DNA of 64,000 nucleotides from Octopus sinensis. Taxonomy: Eukaryota. The position numbers and the translations under genes were made by a program. Location of the stretch: assembly GCF_006345805.1 (NCBI RefSeq), contig NW_021833226.1:14707-78706 (forward strand). The letters are read 5' to 3'. Of the stretch, positions 1-11,616 are shown one piece after another (position 1 is the stretch's first letter; each line of letters begins with the position of its first letter). Under the pieces are notes generated by a model that did not search any database, was not told the DNA's origin, and worked only from the letters and a program-made list of their open reading frames with translations.

Positions 1-66
1 CCTTTCCTTCCGTCTCTATTTTGTTTTTGACTTACAAATATGGAACTTGATCTCAGAGCATGAAGA

Positions 67-305
67 CGGACGAAATACCTATTTCTTTACAAGGGGCTAA
101 ACACAGAGGGGACAAACAAGGACAGACAAACAGATTAAGTCGATTACATCGACCCCAGTACGTAACTGGTACTTAATTTAATCGACCCCGAAAGGATAAA
201 AGGCAAAGTCGACCTCGGCGGAATTTGAACTCGGAACGTAGCGGCAGACGAAATACCGCTAAGCATTTCGCCCGGCGTGCTAACGTTTCTGCTAGCTTGC
301 CGCCT
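67..305 (-). mobile_element. tRNA-derived SINE, family A (CORE-like middle), with the start of a second tandem unit
   Basis: Reverse complement reads AGGCGGCAAGCTAGCAGAAACGTTAGCACGCCGGGCGAAATGCTTAGCGG...GAGTTCAAATTCC (A/B-box-like), then CCTTTTATCCTTTCGGGGTCGATTAAATTAAGTACCAG. Homologous copies occur at 5250, 8520, 29978 and 37300. Confidence 0.9.
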
Positions 306-570
306 GGTACTTATTCTATTTGTCTCTTTAGCCAATAAGTTACAGGGACATAAACAAACCAACACTGGTTGTCAAGAAATGGTGGGGTACAAACAAACAA
401 ACACATACACAACGAAAGATTGCCCACAATGTTTCTGTCTGCCAAATTTACTCACGAGGCATTGGTTGGTTTGAGGGTTACACGGTGGAAGACTCCTGAT
501 CAAAGTGCTGTACGGTGAGATTGAACTCAAAACTACATGGTTGCTAACGTTTCTGCCAGCTCGCCGCCTT
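306..570 (-). mobile_element. Diverged family B SINE fragment joined to a family A head fragment
   Basis: 306-540 aligns loosely with the family B body (ACTTATTCTAT...GGTTGTCAAG...CACGAGGCATTGGT); 541-570 matches the family A 5' end. Confidence 0.6.
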
Positions 571-954
571 AACAACGAGGACGACAGCAGTAGCAGCAGG
601 AGCAGCAGGAAGGGGAGGAGGAGGAGGAACAACTGCTTTGTCATCTTAACCCTCACCTTCTACTGTACTTATACAAAAATGTCATTCCTCAAAGACAGTC
701 TTGTTCGCCCTTTAACTAATAATGAAAAAAGAAAAACAAAATGGAAGACCTGGACCGTTGTTTTAGTCTGTTGCACCCTGCACTGGTTCCCCCCAGACGT
801 TATTACATTGATCTGGTGATGTTTCTTTGTTTGCTCGACCTGCCCCCTGGCGAGTGTCTTTCTGCGTGTGAGCTGCTCTTACATCATGCGCCGCCCCGCC
901 CCGCCCCCTTTTTATTACATAATACTAAACCCCCCGGAGAAACTGGCGGTCGTT

Positions 955-1345
955 CTGGTAATTATAGGTGTGACGGTGGCGATGGTGGCGGTGGTGATGG
1001 TGGTGGTGGTAGTGATAGCAGTAGTGATGGTCATGGTGGTGGTGGTGGTTGTGGTAGATAAATTAAGTAACAGTTTGAGGTGATAGTGGTGGTGGTAGTG
1101 ATGGTGGTGGTGGTGGTGGTGGTGATGGTGATGGTGGTGGTGGCGATGATGGTGGTGGTGGTGGTGATAGTGGTGGTGGTAGTGATGGCGGTGGTGATGG
1201 TGGTGATGGTGGTGATGGTGGCTGTGGTAATAATGGTGATAGCGGTGGCGATGGTGATGATGGTGGTGGTGGTGGTGGTTGTGGTGATGGTGGTGGTGGT
1301 TGTGGTTGTGGTGGTGGTGGTGGTGATCAAAGTAGTCTGGAGGTG
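955..1345. repeat. (GGT/GAT)n trinucleotide low-complexity tract
   Basis: Directly visible GGT-dominated array; source of the poly-V/poly-T ORFs. Confidence 0.95.
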
Positions 1346-1609
1346 ATTTTACTGGTGGCTGGAATTGTTTATACTATTTAGTAATGGTTGTAGTAGTGGG
1401 AATGTATATATAAGCGACGTGTGGTGAGAATTTGTTGTATAAGAATGGTTTTGCAGTGGTAAATCCATGTTGTGATGTAGTGTAGTAGTCATTAACGGTG
1501 CATCCTGAGAGTTAAGGATTTCGTTTCACAAAAATTAAGAGGTCCTCGGTTCTTTTCCATAGCGTAGCACCTTTGATAATTATTTACTACCTTATCCTCG
1601 TATGAAGGA

Positions 1610-1950
1610 GTGGAGGCGCGTGGCTCAGTGGTTAGAGCGTCGAGCTTACGATCGTGAGGTTGTGAGCTCGAATCCCGGACCGGGCTGCGTGTTGTGTTCT
1701 TGAGCAAGACACTTTATTTCACGTTGCTCCAGTTCACTCAGCTGTAGAAATGAGTTGCGACGTCACAGGTGCCAAGCTGTATCGGCCCCTTTGCCTTTCC
1801 CTTGGATAACATCAGTGGCGTGGAGAGGGGAGGCCGGTATGCATGGGCGACTACTGGTCTTCCAATAAAACGACCTTGCCCAGACTTGTGTCTCAGAGAG
1901 TAACTCTCTAGGTGCAAACCCATGGTCAGTGTCTGACCGAAGGGGGTCAC
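1610..1950 (+). mobile_element. tRNA-derived SINE, family D head with its own 3' tail
   Basis: GGCGCGTGGCTCAGTGGTTAGAGCG (A box)...GCTCGAATCCC (B box), then CTTGAGCAAGACACTTTATTTCACGTTGCTCCAGTTCACTCAGCTG. The same head and middle occur at 2030 and 58997. Confidence 0.85.
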
Positions 1951-2027
1951 TATGTACTATGTATCCTCGTATGAAATCTGTACAGTGGAGTTTGCGGAAT
2001 ATTCAGCCGCTAAAACCACAATAACAT

Positions 2028-2165
2028 GTAGAGGCGCATGGCTTTGTGTTTAGTGTGTTGGACTCATGGATCGTAAGATTTCAGTTTCGATTCATAGACC
2101 GGGCGACGCATTGTATTCTTGAGCAAAACACTTCGTTTTGCGTGGCTCCAGTTCACTCAGACGGC
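2028..2165 (+). mobile_element. Diverged family D SINE head
   Basis: AGGCGCATGGCTTTG...CTTGAGCAAAACACTTCGTTTTGCGTGGCTCCAGTTCACTCAG, similar to 1610-1745. Confidence 0.65.
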
Positions 2166-2202
2166 AAAATCCTGCGATCGGCCAGCATCCCGTCCATAAA
2201 TA

Positions 2203-2652
2203 TTCTTTTATTCTTTTGCTTGTTTCCGTCATTTGACTGCGGCCATGCTGGAGCAGCGTTTTTAGTCGAAAGAATCGATCCAATGACTTATTCTTTGTAA
2301 GCCTAGTACTTATTCTATCGGTCTCTTTTGCCGAACCGCTAAATTACGGTGACGTAAAGGCACCACCATCGGTGGTCAAGCGATGTTGGGGGGTCAAACA
2401 CAGACATACAAACATATACACACACTTACACAAACACACACACACACACACACACACACATATTTATTTATATATATATATGTATGTATATGTATACATA
2501 TACATATATACGACAGGCTTCTTTCAGTTTTCGTCTACTAAATCCACAAACAAGGCTTTGGTCGGCCCGAGGCTATAGTAGAAGACACTTGCCCAAGGTG
2601 CCATGCAGTGGGAATGAACCCGGGACGATTTGGTTGGTAAAGCAAGCTACTT
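2203..2652 (-). mobile_element. tRNA-derived SINE, family B, with internal (TA)n/(CA)n microsatellite
   Basis: Contains TCATTTGACTGCGGCCATGCTGGAGC, ACTTATTCTATCGGTCTCTTTTGCCGAACCGCTAA and GAAGACACTTGCCCAAGGTGCCA...GAACCCGG, shared with 6405, 12315, 31622, 34773 and 38420. Confidence 0.9.
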
Positions 2653-3871
2653 TCCACATGCATATATACATACATATATACATACATATATGTACATACT
2701 TACATATATCTGTATATACATATATACATATATAGGTACAGGACGTCATGAAACGTAAACAACATGAAATACGAAAACAACATGGATTACGAAATACACA
2801 CACGCATACACACCTACACCCTCTGTCTAACTGTCTGTCTGTCTGTCTGTCTCTATCTCTCTCTCTCTCTCTCTGTCTCACACGCACACACACACACACT
2901 ACGTACAAAAGTTAATTATTATATGGAAAATTTCAGGCAAAATACACAAGTTTGAGGCGGATGTGTCAGACGACGGTGCTACAGCACTTTATGTGCCACA
3001 TATGATGGGCAAGAAGGTGTGTCACAAGAAATGAAGGCGTGTCGGAAAATGGTAGGTAATTGAGAATGCCTGAGTGGATTGAAAAAGGGGATTGAAACCA
3101 TTGGTCTAAAGCAGGATGAGCAACTTCACAGTTTTCCAATAGATAGTAGACGTATGAATGAAGAATTGCAGCTTTGCGATAAATTTATCAAGCGAGATAT
3201 TTTGTCATTTTTCTGTCAACAACTCATTTAAGTGGTTAAAAAGGTTCGATATAGCTGAATCATTGAGGAAAATATTTGGAAATATTAGTTCTATGCTACT
3301 TTCATCCAAATAATTGGCTCTATTGTCTTCAGAAAATATCGAATTTTTCTAATATGCTTTTCTATTCTTTCTTTTCAGCAGACGATTCAGCCATGATGTG
3401 GCAGTGGTGGTGGTGGTGAGAGAAATGTCGGCGAAGTCACAAATAAATTCAGCTTGGAAGGCGTCAAGAGTTTGAAGTAGGTAGTGAAAGGTGTTTAGAG
3501 TAGAGGTGAAGTGTTAGTTTTGGTCTTGTCCGTTCTAATTAATTTCCAGTCGACATGTCTCGGACAGTGGTCAATGAAACAGCCAGATTTACTCGGTGTC
3601 TAAGATACTCCGATATATTGACAACATGGCGCCGAAGCTTGTTGAAAGAGTGATGGATTGGTTATCGGGAATTCCATTGTCTAATATTTCACTGTCGTAG
3701 ATAAATGGATTAAGTTGGATGGGCGTGCGGAGTGGAAAGAGATAGGGAAGATAACATAAATGAAAATAAATGGAGGATGAAACGACGGACTATTTTGTAT
3801 AGACGTAGTTTTGTATAACTCTGCTCTGCGTGCTTAGATGTTGTCTTTAAATGCATATGTGTGCATGTATG

Positions 3872-3926
<55 letters not shown>

Positions 3927-4151
3927 CTTTTGGAGAAGAAAGATGAGTGGAAGAATGTAAATAGAAAAGAGTGGGAAATCTTGAAAGAGAAAAAGAAAGA
4001 AAATGATTGAGGAGAGCGAGAGGAGGGGAGGGATTAAACTACAAAGTTAATTAAAAATCCCCAAAGGATGAGCGACAGACAATAATATGTGTATGTAATG
4101 TACGCGTGTACGTATCTATGTATGCATGAATGCGTGTGTGCATGTGTGTGA

Positions 4152-4221
<70 letters not shown>

Positions 4222-4264
4222 ATGTATGTGTGAATATGTGTCCGCATGTGTATAGCATGTAGTC

Positions 4265-5240
4265 TGTTAAGGGCCGTAAGGACTTGGAAACCACCGCACT
4301 AAGAAGTGGAGGAATTTCAAAAGTCAGGGGTAAGAGAGGGCTTATAACGTTTAGGGTCCAAAGAGTAACAAGGGGATGATCACTGTGTAAAAACAGTAGG
4401 GTTGGTATGTCATGGACAGGGGATACAGTGGAATGAGGCACTTTGAGCAACCGAGAAGGAGCTCTGGAGTCCTGACAGGGAAACTTGTTTCTCCTTCTGT
4501 GTGCTGTCACTGACCCCTGGTCAACCCTAAATAACCATAAAATCTACAAGCAACAGTGTGGAGGAACCTTTGGCATCCCGAACCACGTTGAGGTAGGATG
4601 TTTTAGGTTACAAGGAAAAGGCTGACACAAGCAGGGGAACGATAAGGTCGTTATAGAGATCACCGATGGACACACATGCGGAGAGTAAAGATCAACAAGG
4701 AAGAGGCATCATTGCCCGGCGGTACCACATTTCTAAGGGAAGGTGTTAAGGCCCCTCAGGGAGGTATGGAAACACATTTTTCTATTTTGTATCATGCCTC
4801 AGATTTAAGAGATGCAAGTGGAACCGAAGAAAAGACTCATCTTTACAGAAGAATTAGTAGTAATATTGCTCTGGCCAGATATTGATCTTCCCTCCAAGAA
4901 CACAAAATCGACCATCGAGGCTGAACTCATAATGAGCAGAGATGACAGACTTAACGTTTCTCATCAGTTGAAGAATGCCAAACAATAGGACTTAGTTGAT
5001 GAAGCTCTTGTCAAAGGATGGCATTCACTCCTATTCTTCACTGAAGTGGTTACCGCGGTTCCCAAGCGATATCAGATCACTATTTCTTGCAGAAGATTGT
5101 TTTGAAACCAAACCAACTATAAAAAAATAAAAGACAACAGGGTGATAACCATAGCAGCTGAGACCAGTTCGAACTGGTTCTGGTTGACAAGATACTGCAG
5201 CTGGAAACCTTCATGAGGTGAAGGCTAATTTAGTCTCCGT
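4265..5240 (+). mobile_element. Degenerate HERO-like non-LTR retrotransposon, 3' part of ORF (CCHC knuckle and restriction-like endonuclease)
   Basis: Manual translation across frameshifts gives QGIQWNEAL, QGNLFLLLCAVTD, QCGGTFGIPNHVEVGC (CCHC-like), EMQVEPKKRLIFTEEL..WPDIDLPSKNTKSTIEAELI (PD..ELT-like), SHQLKNAKQ*DLVDEALVKGW..EV, and AAETSSNWFWLTRYCSWKPS* (stop 5214-5216). These match the order and motifs of HERO-clade C-termini as recalled. Confidence 0.8.
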
Positions 5241-5249
5241 GGTTACACT

Positions 5250-5666
5250 CTTATTTCTTTACCGCCCACAAGGGGCAAAACACAGAGCGGACAAACAAGG
5301 ACAGACAAACGGATTAAGTCGATTACATCGACCCCAGTGCGTAACTGGTACTTATTTAATCGACCTCGAAAAGATGAAAGGCAAAGTCGACCTCGGCGGA
5401 ATTTGAACTCAGAACGTAACGGCAGACGAAATACCTATTTCTTTATTACCCACAAGGGGCTAAACACAGAGGGGACAAACAAGGACAGATATAGGTATTA
5501 AGTCGATTACATCGACTCCAGTGCGTAACTGGTACTTATTTAATCGACCTCGAAAGGATGAAAGGCAAAGTCGACCTCGGCGGAATTTGAACTCAGAACG
5601 TAGAGGCAGACGAAATACCGCCAAGCATTTGGCCCGGTGTGCTAACGTTTCTACCAGCTAGCCGCA
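5250..5666 (-). mobile_element. Family A SINE tandem dimer flanked by an 11-bp TSD
   Basis: Two body units joined at GACGAAATACCTATTTCTTT (5425-5444); GTGGTTACACT at 5239-5249 and 5667-5677. Confidence 0.92.
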
Positions 5667-6404
5667 GTGGTTACACTAAAGGAAAAAATTCTTGTGATCT
5701 GGAGATGCCTGCTTGAAAGTGAATTCCTCGAATGCAAAAGGTGTAATCAGCGCCAGGAGAGGAGCTTGAAACATAATTCAGTAGCTCTTGCAGTTCTTGT
5801 TTGGGGCAAAGCATCTCTGGTGTTTATTTTACGCGCACGCACACGTACACACATGTATGTATATATATATATGTATGTCAGCCTTCACACAGTATTGAGC
5901 TTCATATGGATAAGCTCTTCAGAGTATATTATTGCAGTAGATGGATAAATGGTGAAATGTGTGAGGTCGAGAGTGACGAGGGAAGTTTGAGAGTTACTGA
6001 CGTAGAAGTTTCCTAATTAATTTGGCTGTTGTGCGCATGCTCACATGTCAGAAATAAGAAGCTGCACGCTAGGGAGAGAGAGCACTGTTGTTCACATAGT
6101 ACCGACCCTGGTTTGCTGGTGAAAGTTAGTGTTTCGTTTTGACTCTGCGAGAGTTGTGCTTAAAAACGGGTTTATACTCTTGAGTGTGATAAAGTGTAGA
6201 ATTAGATTGTTATCCTGCTTCTAGCTACAGTGTTACTGCCAGGATTTAAAAAACAGGGCAGATTCCCCACCTTATTTTGTGATTTAGGTGGGGGGGATTT
6301 TTGAAAAACAAGGGGGAATTCGCGGCGGTGTTCAGTGAACAAATTAAACACACCCTGTTTAAAACGCGAACCGATCAAGTTTACGTATAAATTTTCTTTT
6401 TATA

Positions 6405-6782
6405 TTTCTTTAATTTGTTTCAGGCATTTGACTGCGGCCATGCTGGAGCACCACCTTTAGTCGAGCAAATCGACCTCAGGACTTATTTTTTGTAAGCCTA
6501 GTACTTATTCTATCGGCCTCTCTTGCCGAACCGCTAGATGACGAGGATATAAACACACCAGCATCGGTTGTCAAGCGATGTTAGAGGGACAAACACAGAC
6601 ACACAAACATATACATACATACATACGTCGGGCTTCTTTCAGTTTCCATCTACCAAATCCACTCACAAGGCTTTGGTCGGCTATAGAAGACACTTGCCCA
6701 AGGTGCCACACAGTGGGACTGAACCCGGAACCATGTAGTTGGTAAGCAAGCTACTTACCACACAGTCACACCTGCGCCTATA
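6405..6782 (-). mobile_element. Family B tRNA-SINE
   Basis: CATTTGACTGCGGCCATGCTGGAGCACC...GGACTGAACCCGGAACCATGTAGTTGGTAAGCAAGCTACTTACCACACAG...CTGCGCCT. Confidence 0.9.
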
Positions 6783-6889
6783 TTTGTTCATTTCCTTTTA
6801 CACAATATTAAAACAACGGCTAAACATTTTCTGAAGCAGCATCCCAACTAATTTTATCTTCGAGCCGCCAATACATGTTTGTGAAGTGC

Positions 6890-6978
6890 TCAACCAATTG
6901 CACGTTAATTTCACGAGTAAGCTGTTCTGATGATCGGGATCAACTGGAACCCGCGTCGTCGTAACCGACGGTGTGCTT
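6890..6978 (+). mobile_element. Isolated 3' tail of the family C/D SINE
   Basis: TTGCACGTTAATTTCACGAGTAAGCTG...GATCAACTGGAACCCGCGTCGTCGTAACCGACGG, the same tail as at 56860-56935 and 59240-59315. Confidence 0.75.
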
Positions 6979-7077
6979 GTTTTATTTATATTTGTTCCCA
7001 TTTGCCCTTTCACATCATGTAAATTCGTCAATAAATCAATGTCACAATTCACTGTAATATTAAGTATTTTCATATTA

Positions 7078-7593
7078 CCGTAAATCCTCGAGTATAGTCC
7101 GACCTTGAGTATAATACGCAGGGGATTTTTAGGGGTCTGTACCTCTGAAAAACCTAAATCTTGTATATAATACACACCCCTTCTCTAAATTGAGTCAAGG
7201 AGGTCTATATAACATCCTTGGTTTGTGAAAATGTATACAGTAACGTCCTTTATTATTATTATTGTATATCTAACATAATGCAAACGTGTAGCTTTTTTGT
7301 GCATTTTGTCTGCAGAAAATAAAGAAATAACAGTAATAACGTTTAATAAATGTTGCTTATTGCAAGTTATGGATGATTCTTTTATGACTTCATTGCTTTC
7401 AGGCTTAGCTTAAGGTATTTTCGTGTCTGACATCACAAAATGCGTTTGAATAAACATTGCCGGACAGCAAATAGAGACTCGGACATTGCTTAGAAAATAT
7501 TTTCATTTTTAACCTCGTATATAGAATGCACTAGGGATTTTGACCATTAAATTTTGGGGAAAAAAAGTGCGGATTATACTCGAGGATTTACGG
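7078..7593. mobile_element. Non-autonomous Tc1/mariner-superfamily MITE (Tc2/pogo-type CCGTA termini)
   Basis: TIRs CCGTAAATCCTCGAGTATA(G/A)TCCG at 7078 and its reverse complement ending at 7593; TA at 7076-7077 and 7594-7595; no ORF. Confidence 0.88.
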
Positions 7594-7627
7594 TAAATGT
7601 GAAGAAGGTTTTTCACATAGAATTGTG

Positions 7628-9403
7628 GGTTTATCTGGTTTAACACCTGGCTACCTAAAAAAAGTGTAATAGGTGTAAAAAAATATGTAGTAAATGAATC
7701 TGAAAACCAACATTTGTGCAAACGAACTACGGGGTGGGGAAGGAGCTTTTGGAAAATTCACACGATCCGATTTTTTCCCTCATAACTTTCAGGAAAATGG
7801 ATATCTTTTAATGAGATTTTATATAAATACCTTTCACACGGCACAGATTACGATTACAAGGAAGTTCGCAGGGGAAATGTTTTCCGAAGGGATGAGGAGA
7901 GAATTTTGGGGAAATTCACACGATCCGATTTTTTCCTTCATAACTTTCGGGAAAATGGATATCTTTTGATGAAATTTTATACAAATACTTTTCAAACATC
8001 ATAGATTACAATTATAAAGAAATCCGTGAGGAAGGGAGTTTCGGATCAGTAAGACCACATAAGTTCTTGTTTTTTTACTTCCCCATCCCACTTCCGGACT
8101 AATTTTGGCAAATTTTTTGCACTTAAAACAATGGGAGGAGCCTTTTCGGTAAAAAAAAAAAATATTGTAAAAATTTTCAGAATAAAAAATGTGATTTAGG
8201 GGAGATTCGGCTGTCGTTTCTAGCACATCCCAAGACAACCCTCCTCGTTTCTGTCTTACTCTCGTATGTATTGATGCTTTTCAATATTTTTCTCCCCATG
8301 AACATATTTATGCTATAAAAAAATAAAAATTGATTATTTATGATTTTTTTTTCATAAAATATTGGAGAGCCTGAGGTCATTTCTGGCATTTATCCACAGT
8401 GATTTTTAAAAAAATAGGTATGTAAAATATAATTCATTTTAATAGCATACTTTTCTGCTCGAAAATATTCTTTTCCTTACTCACACGGATTCGCTTAATC
8501 AAGGTGTGAAATTTGAATTACCTATTTCTTTACTACCCACAAGGGGCTACACACAGAGGGGACAAACAAGGACAGACAAAGGTATTAAGTCGATTATATC
8601 GACCCCAGTGCATAACTGGTACTTAATTTATCGACCCCGAAAGGATGAAAGGCGAAGTCGACCTTGGCGGAATTTGAACTCAGAACGTAACGGCAGACGA
8701 AATACGGCTACGCATTTCGCCCGGCGTGCTAACGTTTCTGCCAGCTCGCCGCCTTATATTTAAATTACCATTGCTTTGTTGATGCTTGTATCCCACTAAT
8801 TGAGCACTCGTGTGGTCCATTGGTACCATCATTAAGGGGGAGGGGAGTAGAAAAATAACCCCATTAATTTTCCAAAAGCGTTTTTTCATAATAATATGCT
8901 CCCCATCATTTCGAAAACAATTGGAAAAATTCCCGTCAAAACGGGGAAATTTCAACTTATGTGGTCTTCTTGATCCGAAACTCTTCTCCCCACTCCCTCG
9001 GAAAAATTTTTTTCCCCACAAATTTCTTTATAATTGTAATCTGTAATGTTTGGAAAGTATTTGAATAAAATTTCATTGAATGATATCCATTTTCCTGAAA
9101 GTTATAAAGGAAAAAATGGGATCTTGTGGATTTTCCCCAAATTCTTTCCCCATCCCTTCGAAAAAATTTTCCACATAAATTTCTTTATAATCGTAATCTA
9201 CGCCGTTTGAAAGGTATTTATATAAAAAAAATCATTAAAAATTATATCCATTTTCCTGAAAGTTATGAGGGGGAAAATCGGATCGTGTGAATTTTCCGAA
9301 AGTCCCCCCCCCCACCAGTTCGTTTGCACAAATGTTTATTTTCAGATTCGTTTACTACACATTTTTATGTTTTGGTGGCCAGGTGTTAAACTAGATATTA
9401 ACC
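7628..9403. mobile_element. Long-TIR (foldback) DNA transposon, Merlin-like, non-autonomous
   Basis: 8-bp TSD GAATTGTG (7620-7627, 9404-9411); GG...CC termini; imperfect inverted arms of about 450 bp (7628-8075 vs 8955-9403) containing internally duplicated blocks. The superfamily call rests on the TSD length and the termini only. Confidence 0.75.
8520..8757 (-). mobile_element. Family A SINE monomer nested in the long-TIR element
   Basis: Full head-to-tail match to family A; flanks TTTGAATTACC / TTTAAATTACC resemble a TSD. Confidence 0.92.
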
Positions 9404-9466
9404 GAATTGTGCTTCTTCTATTTGGCAGTACACGGAGGTAGAATTATTTCTAGATTGTCGTTGTTG

Positions 9467-9845
9467 CTGTTGTTGCTGTTGCTGTTGAGTGAACGGTCTT
9501 CGTCCCAGAGCTCGCAAGATGGGAGAAGTTCGAAACGTGGTCCTTTGCTATTCGTAAGACCCGCAGAAGAGAAAGCAGGTCAACCCCCGACACCGAGAGC
9601 ATCGACGGATGGATGAATGCGCATCCAGGCTCAGCGGTTGCGTAGTCGGGGGCAAGAAACAGGAAGAAAGAGTGAGAGAAAGTTGGGGTGAAAGAGTACA
9701 ACAAGGGTCACCACCACCCAACCCCTGCCGGAGCCTCGTGGAGCTTTTAGGTGTTTTCGCTCAATAAACACACACAACGACCGGTCTGGGAATCGAAACC
9801 GCGAGTCCGCTGCCCTAACCACTGGGCCATTGCGCGCCTCCACTT
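9467..9845 (-). mobile_element. tRNA-derived SINE, family C head with an alternative 3' tail ending in (AAC/AGC)n
   Basis: Reverse complement starts GTGGAGGCGCGCAATGGCCCAGTGGTTAGGGCAGCGG...GGTTTCGATTCCC. After TCTTCCTGTTTCT it diverges completely from the copies at 22432 and 56570. Confidence 0.8.
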
Positions 9846-10514
9846 GTTGCTGCTGGTGATGATAGTGAAGGTTATTAACATACTTTCCACTGTTGTCAAT
9901 TCTGTTCCAGTTGTTGCTACCAGTGTTCACTTCTACCGTTATTTCTGTTACTGTTGTTATTATCAAACTGAAGAGGAGCTTAAATTCAGCTGATTTACGA
10001 TGAAAAACATTCCAGAGGCAACCTTCTCGTCATTTTTTTTTATAAAGAGTTGTACATAGAGTGTAATTGGAGGGAGATTTGGCTGCTATTTCTAGTTGGA
10101 AGACAAGTGGTCACTCAGAATCTCTCTTTTTTGGATTGCGTCTGATCTGGTCGTCGCAATTAACGCTTGCTGCTTAGTGTAAGAACGACGACTCTTGCAG
10201 AAATATTTTTTTGTTATACTTTAGTTATCTCCCTTGCATACAATGCTTCCTAGAGGTCGATTTTGACCGTGGATGCTGTTTTGACAGTCGATGAAGATGT
10301 CCGATGTGTGGTTAATACTAATTGAACGTTAATTATTATTATAGAGTCGATAAAATAAAGAACTAGCCAAGGACTGAGGTGGATTTAATCGACTAACCCC
10401 TGGAGCTTAAATCATCATCATCATCATCATGAAGGCGCGAGCTGGCACAATCGTTTGAGTATCGGACTAAATACCTTGCAGTAATCCTTCCAGTTCTATT
10501 ATTATTATTATTAT

Positions 10515-10976
10515 TGAGTGAGCGAGCAGAGCATGCCATCAAAGTGACACTGGGGTAAAATATACGAAGCCCAGTATACCCATCATGACTACTCATCTGA
10601 TAAGGGTACACCAGGCACATGCATCACAACCATATGTGCGCAACACGGTGATCTCATATCAAGATAAACAGCACATGACCTTGCAAGTGGGGCCCAGTTA
10701 GAATTTTCTTCTGGTCGAGTAACCCATCCCGCTCAAAAGGTCCCTGAATAAGGGTTGTTTAAGGACGTTGAACAAAACACCCATGTTTCCAGAGGTGAAT
10801 TATTCAAACCTCAAAGAATCCCTCTCAACACATGGCTATGGTGTTCCCTCGCTACTTCTGCTCGTGATCAGAGATGCACATATCGTCAGCCACTAAGGGA
10901 CATGCTCAGTTGGTTAAGGTCAAACAACTGACAAGCAAATCTGTGGTATTGAGCAGAATATTTGCTGTAGCCCATC

Positions 10977-10982
<6 letters not shown>
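10515..10982 (-). mobile_element. Unclassified interspersed repeat (family E), probably a retroposon with an (AAT)n tail
   Basis: About 460 bp highly similar to 16540-16997 (CATGCCATCAAAGTGACACTGGGGTAAAATATACGAAGCCCAG...GAGCAGAATATTTGCTGTAGCCCATCTTTTA), with a partial copy at 43600-43760. Strand is inferred from the (ATT)n abutting the left end. Confidence 0.75.
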
Positions 10983-11010
<28 letters not shown>

Positions 11011-11037
11011 ATTATTATTATTATTATTATTATTATT

Positions 11038-11272
11038 GTGTGTGTGTTTGTGTGTCTGTGTTTGTCCCCCCCCCCCAACATCGCTTGACAGTCAGTACTG
11101 GTGTGTTTACGTCCCCGTAACTCAGCGATTCGGTAAAAGAGACCGATAGAATAAGTACTAAGCTTACAAAGAATAAATAAGCCCCGGGGTCGATTTGCTC
11201 GACTAAAGGCGGTGCTCCAGCATGGCCGCAGTCAAAATGACTGAAACAAGTAAAAGAGTAAAAGAGAATATT
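11038..11272 (+). mobile_element. Family B SINE, 3' half
   Basis: GTGTTTACGTCCCCGTAAC...GAGACCGATAGAATAAGTACT...AAAGGCGGTGCTCCAGCATGGCCGCAGTCAAAATGACTGAAACAAGTAAAAGAG. Confidence 0.88.
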
Positions 11273-11327
11273 ATGTTTGCCAACGAGTTACTGCCGCACA
11301 TGGCTTGCTGCATCTCTGTGCTCCTGC

Positions 11328-11584
11328 AGTGTGTGTGTGTGTGTATGTGTGTGTGTGTGTCTGCGTGTGTGTGTATGTGTGTGTGTGTGTGTGTGTGTGC
11401 GTGTGTGTGTGTGTATGTGTATGTGTGGGTGTGTGTGCGTGTACGTGTGCGTGTGTGTATGTGTGTGTGTGGGTGTGTGTGCGTGTACGTGTGCGTGTGT
11501 GTATGTGTATGTGTGGGTGTGTGTGCGTGTACGTGTGTGTGTGTGTATGTGTGTGTGTGTGCGTGTACGTGTGCGTGTGTGTAT

Positions 11585-11616
<32 letters not shown>

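Noticed and set aside
1612-1690. Apparent tRNA gene (also the heads at 31630, 34775, 56575 and 59000)
   Set aside because: A and B boxes are present but continue into shared SINE bodies; no convincing acceptor stem or terminator.
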